From assembly GCA_963664705.1 (NCBI GenBank), contig OY761556.1, positions 256,001 through 320,000 of the forward strand: 64,000 bases of DNA, given 5' to 3'. The DNA is from Acidobacteriota bacterium. GTDB lineage: Bacteria; Acidobacteriota; UBA6911. Under the pieces are notes generated by a model. The model worked only from the letters and a program-made list of their open reading frames with translations, searched no databases and was not told the origin of the DNA. Positions within the stretch are counted from its first letter, which is position 1; every line of letters begins with the position of its first letter. Position numbers and translations under genes: made by a program. Positions 52,979 through 63,058 of the stretch are shown piece after piece.

Positions 52979-55084
52979 CTAGCTCTTGCCTTCAATCGGG
53001 ACGAATCGGACCGGCGTCAGGGACCGGATCCGCTCCTGGTCTTCTATGCGGCGCTGATAAAAAAGCTCCTGAACACGAACCGGTTCGGCACGCCCCGCCG
53101 CAATTTTTTCATAGGTGCCATCCGACTTCAGCTGGCGCGCCTTCTGATTGTCCGTCATTTGAGTGCGCAGGATTTCCATCAACGATTCCTTCAGATCCTG
53201 TTGGTGGACAGGCGCCATCAATTCCACTCTCCGATCGAGGTTTCGCGGCATCCAGTCTGCACTTGAAATGTAAATCTCCGGATCTCCCCCATTGCCAAAC
53301 ATGACAGCGCGGCTATGCTCCAGATAGCGGTCGACTATCGAGATAACCTGGATATTTTCGCTGAGTCCGTGAACGCCGGGACGAAGGCAGCAGATACCGC
53401 GAACATTCAGCACGATCTTGACCCCCGCTTTGCCGGCCTCATAGAGGGCGAGGATTATCTTTGGATCAACCAGCGAGTTCATTTTCGCCAGGATTTCGCC
53501 ATTTTGGCCTTGCCTGGCCCAATCGGTTTCCCTGCGGATGAGAAGCAGAATCTTCTCTCGCATGCCGATAGGCGCGGCAATCAGCTGGTTCAATACCGGC
53601 GATTCCGAATACCCCGTAATTGTGTTGAAAAAGGCGGAAGCATCGCTGCCGAAATCTTCAGAACAGGTGAACAATCCAAAATCGGTGTAAAGCCGGGCGG
53701 TGCGATCATTGTAATTGCCGGTTCCCATGTGGAGATACCGGATAATGCCGGAAGGTTCCCGCCGCACAACCAGCGCGATCTTTGCGTGCACCTTCAACCC
53801 CGCCAGACCATAGAGAACGTGGGCGCCCGCTTCTTCAAGATCCCTGGACCACTCGATATTCCGTTCCTCATCAAAGCGCGCCGTGAGTTCAACGAGCACC
53901 GTGACCTGCTTGCCGTTCTCAGCGGCACGGATCAAGGCGTTGACGATGGGCGAGTCCTTCCCTCCTGTCCGGTACAGCGTCTGTTTGATGGCGAGAACGT
54001 CCGGGTCTTCGGCGGCCGTCTCAATGAACTGAACAACAGGATCAAAGGAGTCGTAAGGGTGGTGAAGGAGGATATCCCGTTCGCGGATCAGATCAAAAAT
54101 GTTTTTCCCCTGAGCAAAATCGTGCCGCAGCAGCGGAGCCTGCAAACGGTAGCGGAATTTTTCATATCCCGGCAGGTCAGCGAGAGACTGAAGCGGCCGC
54201 GGATCCAGGGGGCCCCTGGCTTCAAACAGTACGGAATCATCCATGGCAAGGGCCTGCCGGAGCCTTCCTAAAAGCTCCGGTGACATTGGTTCGTGTTCCA
54301 GTCGGATAGGCTTGGCGCTCCGTCGTTTTTTTAGTTCCACCTCCAACATGCCGACATAGTCAAAGGGGGCATCATCATCCAGTTCGAGTTCGGAGTCGCG
54401 CGTCAGCCGGATTCCTGCCACCTCAAGAATCTGATAGCCGGAAAAAAGCGCCGAGATGCGCCTGCGAACCGCATCGTGCAGCCAGCACATTTCCAGGCCT
54501 TCCCCATCCGGAAGCCTGAACAGTCCCGGCAGGCTGCCCGGTATTTCAATCAGGGCCATGCGGGGGGCGGTCTCTTCTCTCGAATCGGATTTCAGCAGGA
54601 TTGCCAGGTTTAGCGTCAGGCCGGACAGCCTTGGGAAAGGATGGGTTTCATCCACCGCCACCGGTGTCAGGACGGGATAGATCACTTTTTCAAAATACTC
54701 GTCCAGGTATTTCTCCTGCGCAGGCTGCAGTTGATCCAGGGTACGGACGAAAATATTCTGCTTGGCGAGACCCGGCACCAACTCATTGCGGTACAGCTCA
54801 AAACCTGTGTCGTACAGTTCCCGGACTGTTGCGAGCACGCGCTCCAGTTGCTCATGCGGCGTAAGGCCACAGGGATCGGGATTGTTGTCTCGCTGCTGAA
54901 TCAAATGCTGCAGCGAGGCAACCCGTACCATGAAAAATTCGTCGAGATTCGAATGAAAAATGCAGAAGAAACGCAGGCGCTCGAGAAGAGGGTTCTTTCG
55001 ATCCCTGGCCTCCTCCAGGACCCGTCGGTTGAATTGCAGCCAACTGATTTCGCGATTCAGGAAAGGAGCAACGGGGCGCGTCAT
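52979..55084 (-). CDS. ppk1: Polyphosphate kinase 1
   Basis: NREISWLQFN, NLDEFFMVRV, LHHPYDSF, ARFDE, KVHAK, SADWMPRNLDRRVE. Confidence 0.98.
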   Translation of the reverse strand: MTRPVAPFLNREISWLQFNRRVLEEARDRKNPLLERLRFFCIFHSNLDEFFMVRVASLQHLIQQRDNNPDPCGLTPHEQLERVLATVRELYDTGFELYRNELVPGLAKQNIFVRTLDQLQPAQEKYLDEYFEKVIYPVLTPVAVDETHPFPRLSGLTLNLAILLKSDSREETAPRMALIEIPGSLPGLFRLPDGEGLEMCWLHDAVRRRISALFSGYQILEVAGIRLTRDSELELDDDAPFDYVGMLEVELKKRRSAKPIRLEHEPMSPELLGRLRQALAMDDSVLFEARGPLDPRPLQSLADLPGYEKFRYRLQAPLLRHDFAQGKNIFDLIRERDILLHHPYDSFDPVVQFIETAAEDPDVLAIKQTLYRTGGKDSPIVNALIRAAENGKQVTVLVELTARFDEERNIEWSRDLEEAGAHVLYGLAGLKVHAKIALVVRREPSGIIRYLHMGTGNYNDRTARLYTDFGLFTCSEDFGSDASAFFNTITGYSESPVLNQLIAAPIGMREKILLLIRRETDWARQGQNGEILAKMNSLVDPKIILALYEAGKAGVKIVLNVRGICCLRPGVHGLSENIQVISIVDRYLEHSRAVMFGNGGDPEIYISSADWMPRNLDRRVELMAPVHQQDLKESLMEILRTQMTDNQKARQLKSDGTYEKIAAGRAEPVRVQELFYQRRIEDQERIRSLTPVRFVPIEGKS

Positions 55085-56628
55085 GGAGTCGGGGCCGCCT
55101 CTCTCAGGACAACCTTCTTTCCAAAAATCTCGGTGAAGAAATCGCTGCGGCTGGCAAGCGCCAGTCGACCCATGGCAAAGTCTGCGACACTCTGGCCGGA
55201 TAATGCGATCTGATCGCCTTCACGGGATATCTTCAATTCCACGATATTTTGGAGATGGCCCTTGTCCAGGGCATTGGCAACGCGGAGAATTGCGGCAAGC
55301 TTGGAGACCACCATCCGTTCATCCCGGTCTAACGAGATATAGGAAATATGGGAACGCTGGGGAAGGGCCCTCCGGTGATAGCGTGCAATGTTGGCAATGA
55401 TCTCCAGTTCGCGTTTCCTCAGGCCAAACAATTCGGACGCTGAAATAAGGTATTGCGAGTGTTTGTGGTGGCTGCGTGAACTCACAAATAATCCAATGTC
55501 GTGAAGAAGCGCAGCCACTTCAAGATACAGCTTGTGTGTTTCAGTCATCCGCTGCTCGGCCTTCAGTTCATCAAAAAGGCGAACCGACAATTCCCGAACT
55601 CGCTCAGCGTGGTTTTCATCGAAACGATACTTGCGGCCCAGGCTTCTGGCCGCGGAAAGGATTTGCAGAGAAAGCTTCTTGAGCTGTTTCCCCTGTTCCG
55701 ACGGGGCCAGATCCTGCAGAATGCCCGCCCGGATGCTGGCGTCGCTGATGGTGATTTCGCCGGCCTGGGTTTCCTTCAACATCTGCAGATAAGTCAAAAG
55801 CGCAGGGACGAGCGTCTCGGCATCGAGGTATGGAATGGAATACTTTTGGACCAGCCCATCCACGGAAAGCCTCGAGACTGAATCGACAAATTCGGAGAAG
55901 GCGTCTTTGGGGATAGAGATAAGGCGGCCATGGGCTTGGCTATTGATCATTCGGGCGGCAAAGCGCACGTCTCCGCCCATTGCGATATAATGGGCGGTTT
56001 CACGAAAATCCATTTCGCGCTTGATGCCGGTCATGAAACCGGATATCTGCCGTTTGAGAAATCGAACATGTTGGTCATGCTTTCCGCCGGAGGCCATTTC
56101 GGCTCGCAGGCGGATCGATCCGAGGGGAAAAGTCCCGGACTGTTGCAGTTCTCCGCCACTGAGAATTGCAACATCCGTACTGCCTCCTCCTACCTCCATC
56201 AAGACACTTTTGGATTTGCCGAGGGTCGCCTCACCGCGGATGGCATCCACAACTGCCGACAAGGTCAGCCGATTCTCCTCCGGACCGTCGATCACTTCTA
56301 CATCCAGCCCCGTGCTCATCAGGAGACGGTCCAGAAACATCTCGCTGTTGCTCGATTCCCGCACGGCGCTTGTCGCAACAGCCCGGTATCGAACAACTCC
56401 ATAGGTGTCCATGACTTTCTTGAAATCGCGCAAAGCCTCGCAGGCGCTTCGGATTGTTTCCTGACTTAAATGCCCTTCCGTGAAGGCTTCCCGCCCGAGC
56501 TGTACCCCCTTCTTCAGCGAATCCAACACGCGGATTGTGCCGTCGTTGTGAATTTCCGCAATGTCCATCCGGATAGCGCTCGACCCGATATCGATGGCTG
56601 CCATTAACAGATTGGTGGTTGGTTCCAT
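55081..56628 (-). CDS. ppx: Exopolyphosphatase/pppGpp phosphohydrolase with HD domain
   Basis: IDIGSSAIR, ATSAVRE, EVGGGST, LLHDIG, ARYHR. Confidence 0.93.
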   Translation of the reverse strand: MEPTTNLLMAAIDIGSSAIRMDIAEIHNDGTIRVLDSLKKGVQLGREAFTEGHLSQETIRSACEALRDFKKVMDTYGVVRYRAVATSAVRESSNSEMFLDRLLMSTGLDVEVIDGPEENRLTLSAVVDAIRGEATLGKSKSVLMEVGGGSTDVAILSGGELQQSGTFPLGSIRLRAEMASGGKHDQHVRFLKRQISGFMTGIKREMDFRETAHYIAMGGDVRFAARMINSQAHGRLISIPKDAFSEFVDSVSRLSVDGLVQKYSIPYLDAETLVPALLTYLQMLKETQAGEITISDASIRAGILQDLAPSEQGKQLKKLSLQILSAARSLGRKYRFDENHAERVRELSVRLFDELKAEQRMTETHKLYLEVAALLHDIGLFVSSRSHHKHSQYLISASELFGLRKRELEIIANIARYHRRALPQRSHISYISLDRDERMVVSKLAAILRVANALDKGHLQNIVELKISREGDQIALSGQSVADFAMGRLALASRSDFFTEIFGKKVVLREAAPTP

Positions 56629-56754
56629 GAGTGCCTGTTTTGATAGGGGAACAGCCTGTACAGACCCGCGCCCTGTGTGTGCCGCATCACATTACCTGTT
56701 GCTGTTTCCTTTTATAGTATATCCTTTGAATAGCATAGATAAAGCGAGAAACCG

Positions 56755-57258
56755 ATGAGACTGTACATCGTTCGGCATGCAATCGCCACCCCTCGCGGAA
56801 TTCCCGGCACTGAAGACGACAATCGATCATTAACGGAAAAGGGCATCGAAAAGATGCGCAAGGCTGCCAGGGGTTTGAATGCTCTTGGGTATATCCCGGA
56901 TTTCATTCTGTGCAGCCCTCTCCTGCGTGCCCGGCAGACCGGGGATATATTGATCAGTGCTTTTGCGAAGAAGGTTGAAATGAAGCTTACCCCCAATCTG
57001 GCGCCTGCCGCCCATCGGCGGGATCTTTATCGCGAAATTGCCGGCTTTTGGGGGAAAGTGGACAGCCTCATGCTGGTTGGACATCAGCCCTCGTTGGGCG
57101 AAATTGCGGGTGAAATCGTGTGGGGGACCGCTGATCGCTGGATTGATCTTAAAAAGGGAGGCGCCTGTGCCATTGACGTAAACTCCGTGCGGGGTATCCC
57201 CGGCGGACGTCTTCTATCTCTTCTTACTCCGTTGATTTTGCGCAAAATAGGTCCATAA
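56755..57258 (+). CDS. sixA: Phosphohistidine phosphatase SixA
   Basis: LYIVRHA, SPLLRARQT, LVGHQP, KKGG. Confidence 0.9.
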   Translation: MRLYIVRHAIATPRGIPGTEDDNRSLTEKGIEKMRKAARGLNALGYIPDFILCSPLLRARQTGDILISAFAKKVEMKLTPNLAPAAHRRDLYREIAGFWGKVDSLMLVGHQPSLGEIAGEIVWGTADRWIDLKKGGACAIDVNSVRGIPGGRLLSLLTPLILRKIGP

Positions 57259-57412
57259 AGACTCGAAATTGTGTATCCTAATGAAGACAGCGCCTGCAGC
57301 GCCATCCCCCTTCAGCAGGCCGAACGGTTTGCCCTTGCGCGATTGACATTTCTCCGCGGATTCTGTCCGGTGCAGGCCTTGGAGCAAGCGGTTGTAAGAG
57401 GAGAAAGCGCAT

Positions 57413-58306
57413 ATGAAGCTGAACATATTACTGGTTGACGACAACGATATTGCCCGGAAGGTTATACGGGGCCAGTTGCGGGATTGGGGCTATGAAGTAG
57501 CCGTCGCCGCCAACGGTCTGGAAGCTCTCGAAAAGCTCATTTTGCTGGCGGGTTCGGAGCAAAGGCCCAACATCCTGCTTGTGGATTGGCACATGCCGGA
57601 ACTTGACGGCATGGCTCTCTGCAAATGGGCGAAAAGCTGTCAGGCTTACAAGACCGGGCTTCATCTTTACGTGCTCTTTTTGACCGTCAGCGAAGGAATC
57701 GAAAATGAAACCCTGGCATATAAAGCCGGAGCGGATGGTTACATTGTAAAAGGTTCGCTGGAATCGCTCGAAGTCAAACTGAATTCCGTCAAGGTCCGGA
57801 TTCTCGAAGAGGTTGAACTGAGAAGAACCATTGCCGCACTTCAGAAGGATCCCAGTGGAGTCCTGGTCAAGCGGGAAATCGTGGACCGGCTCGGTCGACG
57901 CGTCGCGGAGGTTCATCAGTCTCCGATGGGAATCGTTCTGATCGATATTGATGATTTTAAGCGCATCAATGACTCGTATGGCCATCTCGTCGGCGACCAG
58001 ATTCTTGAAGCGGTCGGACGGAGGCTTCAGGACGCCGTGCGAAATGGGAATGTCGGACGCTACGGTGGAGATGAATTCCTGATTGGACTTCCCGGATGTG
58101 ATCGGGACACTGTGGACAAGCGAGCCGCCGAAATTGCCGACCGCTTAATGTCCGACCCGATATCAACATCGGGTGGGGATATCCGCATTTCTATAAGCTA
58201 CGGCACGGCGGTCAATACTGATCCCGATAGCCTGGATCGGTTGATTGGCCTGGCCGATCAGGCTTTGTATCGCCACAAGGCCGTCCGCAAGAGAAACAGT
58301 GCGTAG
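57413..58306 (+). CDS. Response-regulator diguanylate cyclase (REC-GGDEF)
   Basis: LVDD, DWHMP, DIDDFKRINDSYGH, RYGGDEF, ADQALY. Confidence 0.9.
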   Translation: MKLNILLVDDNDIARKVIRGQLRDWGYEVAVAANGLEALEKLILLAGSEQRPNILLVDWHMPELDGMALCKWAKSCQAYKTGLHLYVLFLTVSEGIENETLAYKAGADGYIVKGSLESLEVKLNSVKVRILEEVELRRTIAALQKDPSGVLVKREIVDRLGRRVAEVHQSPMGIVLIDIDDFKRINDSYGHLVGDQILEAVGRRLQDAVRNGNVGRYGGDEFLIGLPGCDRDTVDKRAAEIADRLMSDPISTSGGDIRISISYGTAVNTDPDSLDRLIGLADQALYRHKAVRKRNSA

Positions 58307-58361
58307 CGGCGGATGCGAAATATAGATTCCAAAAACTGCAGCCAAAACTTGAAGCCTGCAA

Positions 58362-58390
58362 TTGCCACCCTGTTCCTATCGTGCTAGACT
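58362..58390 (+). promoter_or_regulatory. Sigma70 promoter of the helicase operon
   Basis: TTGCCA-N17-TAGACT with extended TG. Confidence 0.6.
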
Positions 58391-58394
58391 CGAC

Positions 58395-58413
58395 GGTGAA
58401 TAAAAGGTGAATA
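58395..58413 (+). promoter_or_regulatory. Direct-repeat operator candidate (LexA-like)
   Basis: GGTGAATA-aaa-GGTGAATA, 11-bp period, between the -10 and the ATG. Confidence 0.45.
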
Positions 58414-58414
58414 T

Positions 58415-60781
58415 ATGGGATCGCTAATTCGCCAGCCAGGCTCTGCGTTGGCTGAAGTGCATGAACTGATCAAGGAACTGGCTCCAAGCGACCAGACGAA
58501 TGAAATCATAACGGCCGTGCACCGTATCCCTGCAAAGGAAGCGCAATGGGCTTCCATGCCGCAATGGATTCGGCCGGAGCTCGCCGAGGCTTACCGGGCA
58601 AAGGGAATCGAGCGCCTGTATTCGCACCAGGCGGAGGCGGCTGAACGTGCGCACGGGGGCGAAAATGTCGCGGTTGTAACTCCGACGGCTTCAGGGAAGA
58701 CGCTTTGCTACAACCTGACAGTCTTGAATGCCATCCTTGAAAACCCGGATGTCCGGGCTTTGTATATTTATCCGACCAAGGCGCTTGCGCAGGATCAGCT
58801 GTCTGAACTGCAGGATCTGGGTGGGAAAGCGGGTGATCGATTCGGCGTTTTTACCTACGATGGCGATACTCCATCCGACGCCCGCCAGTCGATCCGACAG
58901 CAGGGCCATATCGTCCTTACCAATCCCGACATGCTCCATGCGGGTATCCTCCCTCACCATACCAAGTGGACGCGGCTCTTCGAAAACCTGCAATATGTGG
59001 TTATCGACGAATTGCATACCTATCGCGGCGTATTTGGAAGTCATCTGGCCAATGTGCTTCGGAGGTTGAAGCGGATTGCACGATTTTACGGGCGGAATCC
59101 GCAGTTTATTTTTACTTCTGCCACGATTGCAAATCCCGGCGAACTTGCAAGCCGACTGGTGGGGGAGGATGTTCATCTGCTGGATGGAAATGGTGCACCT
59201 GCCGCCGAGAAGTATTTCGTCTTTTATAATCCACCGGTTGTGAACCGATTTTTGGGGATTCGTCGAAGTTACATAAACGAGACGTGGCGGGTGGCCCGCA
59301 GTTTCCTGAAGCGGGGATTGCAGACCATCGTCTTTGCCAATAGCCGGTTGCACACGGAAGTGTTGCTCACCTACCTGAAGCAGGATAATCCTCAGCCTCC
59401 GGGCGAGCCTGAAATTGTGCGTGGCTACCGGGGCGGGTACCTTCCACTGGAAAGGCGGGAAATTGAGCATGGGCTGCGAAACGGCCAGATCCGGGCGGTA
59501 GTTGCCACCAATGCGCTTGAACTCGGTATTGATGTAGGCTCTCTTGATGTTGCTGTGATGGCCGGCTATCCCGGCACAATTGCGTCAAGCTGGCAGCGGG
59601 CCGGCCGTGCGGGGAGACGTCGCGGTACCTCCTGTGCCGTACTGGTGGCCTCCTCTCGCCCGCTGGATCAGTTTATCGTAAAGCACCCGGAATATTTCTT
59701 CAGCGCGTCTCCCGAGCATGCATACATCCAGCCGGACAACCTCGAGATTCTTGTGAATCATCTGAAATGCGCGGCCTTCGAGTTGCCGCTCGCGTCCGGG
59801 GAGACCTTTGGCGAGGTCGACCTGCCGCTGCTGTGTCAACATCTGGAGGAATCGGGCTATCTGCATCGGAGCGGCGATTTCTGGTATTGGACGCAGGAAG
59901 CGTATCCGGCGGACACCGTCAGCCTCCGGTCGGTGACATCGGATAACTTTGTAATTGTTGATGAGACGGATCAGCCGGAAGTGATCGGGGAGGTGGATTT
60001 TACCAGTGCTCTCACCACGGTGCATCCGAAGGCGATCTATATGCACGGAGCGCAGCAGTATCATGTGGAGCGGCTCGATTTCGAGGAACGCAAGGCATAT
60101 GTCCGGCGAGTGAATGTCGATTACTTCACCCAGGCGATTCGCTATACCCAGGTCAAACGGTTGGAGGTTGAGGAGCAGGCAGCGGTGCCCGGCCCTGCCG
60201 TCAAAGCACACGGGGACGTCCAGGTGCGTTCGCAGGTCGTAGGATTTAAGAAAATCAAGTTTTATACCCTTGAAAATGTCGGTTCCGGAAAGCTCGAGCT
60301 TCCCGAGAATGAGATGCATACGACCGCCTACTGGATGACGCTCGACCGAAGACTGATGGATTCTCTCCCTTTTACCATTTCTGAACGCCAGGATGGTCTC
60401 TTTGGCCTGTTATATGCGCTGGAATCCATAGCGAGCCTGTTGCTGATGTGCGACCGCATGGATCTTGGTGCAACCATAGGCGAAGGAATGCCCGATGCCG
60501 ATGTGCCGGATAATGCGGTCATCCGGCGTTCTGAAGGAGAAGTGAAGGAATTTTTTGAGCCGACCCTGTATCTGTACGACGCGTATCCGGGCGGTATAGG
60601 GCTGAGCGAACCCTTGTTTCACATGCACGAACTGCTGGTCCAGCGCACCCGGGAACTCATTGCGGGCTGCACCTGCGAAAAGGGATGCCCATCCTGTGTA
60701 GGTCCTGCGGGGGAAACAAGCGACCGTGCCAAAATGGCGGCTCTGGCGATATTGGATAAACTGACGATCGGCACGGCATAA
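58415..60781 (+). CDS. SF2 DEAD/DEAH helicase with DUF1998 (MrfA/YprA/SftH family)
   Basis: PTASGKT, DELH, SAT, ALELGID, QRAGRAGR, YDAYPGGIG, CTCEKGCPSC. Confidence 0.93.
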   Translation: MGSLIRQPGSALAEVHELIKELAPSDQTNEIITAVHRIPAKEAQWASMPQWIRPELAEAYRAKGIERLYSHQAEAAERAHGGENVAVVTPTASGKTLCYNLTVLNAILENPDVRALYIYPTKALAQDQLSELQDLGGKAGDRFGVFTYDGDTPSDARQSIRQQGHIVLTNPDMLHAGILPHHTKWTRLFENLQYVVIDELHTYRGVFGSHLANVLRRLKRIARFYGRNPQFIFTSATIANPGELASRLVGEDVHLLDGNGAPAAEKYFVFYNPPVVNRFLGIRRSYINETWRVARSFLKRGLQTIVFANSRLHTEVLLTYLKQDNPQPPGEPEIVRGYRGGYLPLERREIEHGLRNGQIRAVVATNALELGIDVGSLDVAVMAGYPGTIASSWQRAGRAGRRRGTSCAVLVASSRPLDQFIVKHPEYFFSASPEHAYIQPDNLEILVNHLKCAAFELPLASGETFGEVDLPLLCQHLEESGYLHRSGDFWYWTQEAYPADTVSLRSVTSDNFVIVDETDQPEVIGEVDFTSALTTVHPKAIYMHGAQQYHVERLDFEERKAYVRRVNVDYFTQAIRYTQVKRLEVEEQAAVPGPAVKAHGDVQVRSQVVGFKKIKFYTLENVGSGKLELPENEMHTTAYWMTLDRRLMDSLPFTISERQDGLFGLLYALESIASLLLMCDRMDLGATIGEGMPDADVPDNAVIRRSEGEVKEFFEPTLYLYDAYPGGIGLSEPLFHMHELLVQRTRELIAGCTCEKGCPSCVGPAGETSDRAKMAALAILDKLTIGTA

Positions 60782-60782
60782 C

Positions 60783-62009
60783 ATGACTTCCATCACAGAC
60801 AGGCTCTCCCGAATTTCGGCCCTCCGTCCGGTCCGACTACCGGATTCAAAGCCCGTTTCTCCTCATAATTCGGAAAAGCTGATACAACTGCTCGATGCAG
60901 AGAACGTGCTTAACCGGCTTGGCAGCCATATGCGGCTGCGGGTTCGTTTCCCGGAGCCGAAATCGAGGGCGTTTCATTCCGGCGCGCTGCGTCTGATCAG
61001 CGCCGGGATCGAAGACTCTCTCTGCGACTCTACCAAATGGCTGTTTCTAGATACCGAGACAACCGGACTTGCCGGAGGGACCGGTACCTATGCTTTTCTT
61101 GTGGGTCTTGCCTGGTGGGATGAGGACTCTTTTGTTGTTGAACAGCATTTCATGGGGGATTACAGCGAAGAGCCATCTCTCCTGCTTGAGATTGCAGAGC
61201 GTATTTCCTGCAGCCGGGTTCTGGTTACATTTAACGGAAAGAGCTTCGACTGGCCGCTTCTGAAGACTCGGTTCCAGATGTCCCGGATGCGAGAGCATCC
61301 GGAGCCCTCCGTCCATCTGGATCTGCTTTATCCCGCAAGGCAGTTGTGGCGATTGAAGCTGGGATCCGTTGCTCTGATGCAGCTTGAGCGGCATGTGCTT
61401 GGTTTTGATCGCGGGCCGGATATTGCCTCTGAGACAATTCCGCAACGATATTTTGATTTTTTGCGGGGCGGCCCTTCCGAGCCGATTGCTGAAGTTTTTC
61501 ATCACAACCAGATGGATCTTTGCGGCCTGGCCTGGCTCGCGCTCCGCATGAATGAAGTTCTCGAAGATCCGGAACAGGATGGCTGTTGTGCCGGCGAGCT
61601 TTTTGGCATTTCGCGCATACTGCAAAAGCACGGGGACCATCGTCGCGCCGGGCATCTGTACCGGAAGGCCCTTGGCCAAGGACTGCCCAGGGCTGCCGAG
61701 CAGATCGCACAAAGGGAATTGGCGTATCTTGCGAAGCGCAACCGGGATTATGCCCTGTCCAATGAACTATGGGAAAAACTGCTGGACGACTCTGCCGTTG
61801 GTTTCAGGGCCTATGAGCAGTTGGCGATGTATTACGAACACCAGGCGAACCTTCCCGAAAGAGCCACCGAACTGTCGCGTGAAGCGCTTATAAGATTGCA
61901 GGGGGCTTTCCAGTCCGGCCTCATTTCACCCGCCGCATTCCGGCAGTTCCATGCCCGATTTCACCACCGGTTGTCCCGTCTTGCCAAGTTAAAGATAGGG
62001 GCATGCTGA
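60783..62009 (+). CDS. RNase H-like DEDD exonuclease with TPR-like tail (MrfB/YprB family)
   Basis: FLDTETTGL, TFNGKSFD, HLDLL, HNQMD; 1 nt after the helicase stop. Confidence 0.88.
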   Translation: MTSITDRLSRISALRPVRLPDSKPVSPHNSEKLIQLLDAENVLNRLGSHMRLRVRFPEPKSRAFHSGALRLISAGIEDSLCDSTKWLFLDTETTGLAGGTGTYAFLVGLAWWDEDSFVVEQHFMGDYSEEPSLLLEIAERISCSRVLVTFNGKSFDWPLLKTRFQMSRMREHPEPSVHLDLLYPARQLWRLKLGSVALMQLERHVLGFDRGPDIASETIPQRYFDFLRGGPSEPIAEVFHHNQMDLCGLAWLALRMNEVLEDPEQDGCCAGELFGISRILQKHGDHRRAGHLYRKALGQGLPRAAEQIAQRELAYLAKRNRDYALSNELWEKLLDDSAVGFRAYEQLAMYYEHQANLPERATELSREALIRLQGAFQSGLISPAAFRQFHARFHHRLSRLAKLKIGAC

Positions 62010-62044
62010 GAGGATTTCGGATTTTGGATCCCAATTCCTGATTC

Positions 62045-63058
62045 CTAGAGGAAGGGACGGGCAACGCTCTCCAGCAGCGCGCCGATCAGGGCCGAGCAGG
62101 GGATAGTCAGGATCCAGGCCCAGACGATGTTGCGTGCCACTATCCACCGGACGGCCGAGAGCCGTTGGATGGATCCCGCCCCGACGATTGCACCCGTAAT
62201 TGTATGCGTGGTGCTGAGAGGGATGCCCAGGAGAGAAAGGAATACAATCGTGACTCCGCCTCCGGTTTCGGCGCAAAACCCCCCGACCGGCTGAAGGCGG
62301 GTAAGCCGCATGCCCAGCGTTCGCACGATTCGCCATCCTCCGAAGTATGTGCCCAACCCCATGGCAATGTTGCAGGCAAATATAACCCAGAGCGGCAAAT
62401 GCGCTTTGGCGCCTGAGGGCGCGGCGTGAGTCAGGTTGGCCGAAATGAGAAGAGCCAGAATAATACCCATAGTTTTCTGCGCATCATTCATGCCGTGACT
62501 GAAACTGAAGACGGAGGCTGAAAGGATCTGGCCGCGCCGAAAAATCTTGTCCACTTTCCGCGGTGGGAATTTGCGAAAAATGAGGTAAATCAGCATCATC
62601 ATCAACCTGCCCAGGATGATTCCCACGATGGGGGCGATGACGATGAAGGGGACAACCTTTATAAATCCCTGCGGTTTTAGTGCTACCCAGCCGACTTTGG
62701 CCACCGCCGCTCCGGCAAACCCGCCGATGAGGGCGTGAGAAGAGCTTGTAGGCAACCCGAAATACCAGGTAATCAAGTCCCACGCGATGGCGCCCAGCAA
62801 TCCGAACATGACCATATAGGGATCCAGGTATTGAGGGTGGACAATGTCGTGGCCTATCGTCGCGGCTACTTTGGTTTCGAGAAAAAATGCGGCGCTGAAG
62901 TTGCAGACCGCCGCGAGCAGGACCGCCGCGCGCGGCGAGAGAACCCTTGTGGATACAACGGTGGCTATCGAGTTGGCAGCGTCGTGAAAGCCATTCAGGA
63001 AATCAAAGGCCAGCGCCACCACAATCACAAACATGACCAGGGTTAACTGATGATCCAT
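62045..63058 (-). CDS. pit: PiT-family inorganic phosphate transporter
   Basis: NGFHDAANSIAT, PTSSSHALIG, HGMNDAQK, PLSTTH. Confidence 0.95.
   Translation of the reverse strand: MDHQLTLVMFVIVVALAFDFLNGFHDAANSIATVVSTRVLSPRAAVLLAAVCNFSAAFFLETKVAATIGHDIVHPQYLDPYMVMFGLLGAIAWDLITWYFGLPTSSSHALIGGFAGAAVAKVGWVALKPQGFIKVVPFIVIAPIVGIILGRLMMMLIYLIFRKFPPRKVDKIFRRGQILSASVFSFSHGMNDAQKTMGIILALLISANLTHAAPSGAKAHLPLWVIFACNIAMGLGTYFGGWRIVRTLGMRLTRLQPVGGFCAETGGGVTIVFLSLLGIPLSTTHTITGAIVGAGSIQRLSAVRWIVARNIVWAWILTIPCSALIGALLESVARPFL

Noticed and set aside
58415-62009. Anti-phage system (DISARM/Druantia-type DUF1998 helicase)
   Set aside because: Single YprA-type helicase paired with a YprB exonuclease and no methylase or other defence genes; fits MrfAB repair better
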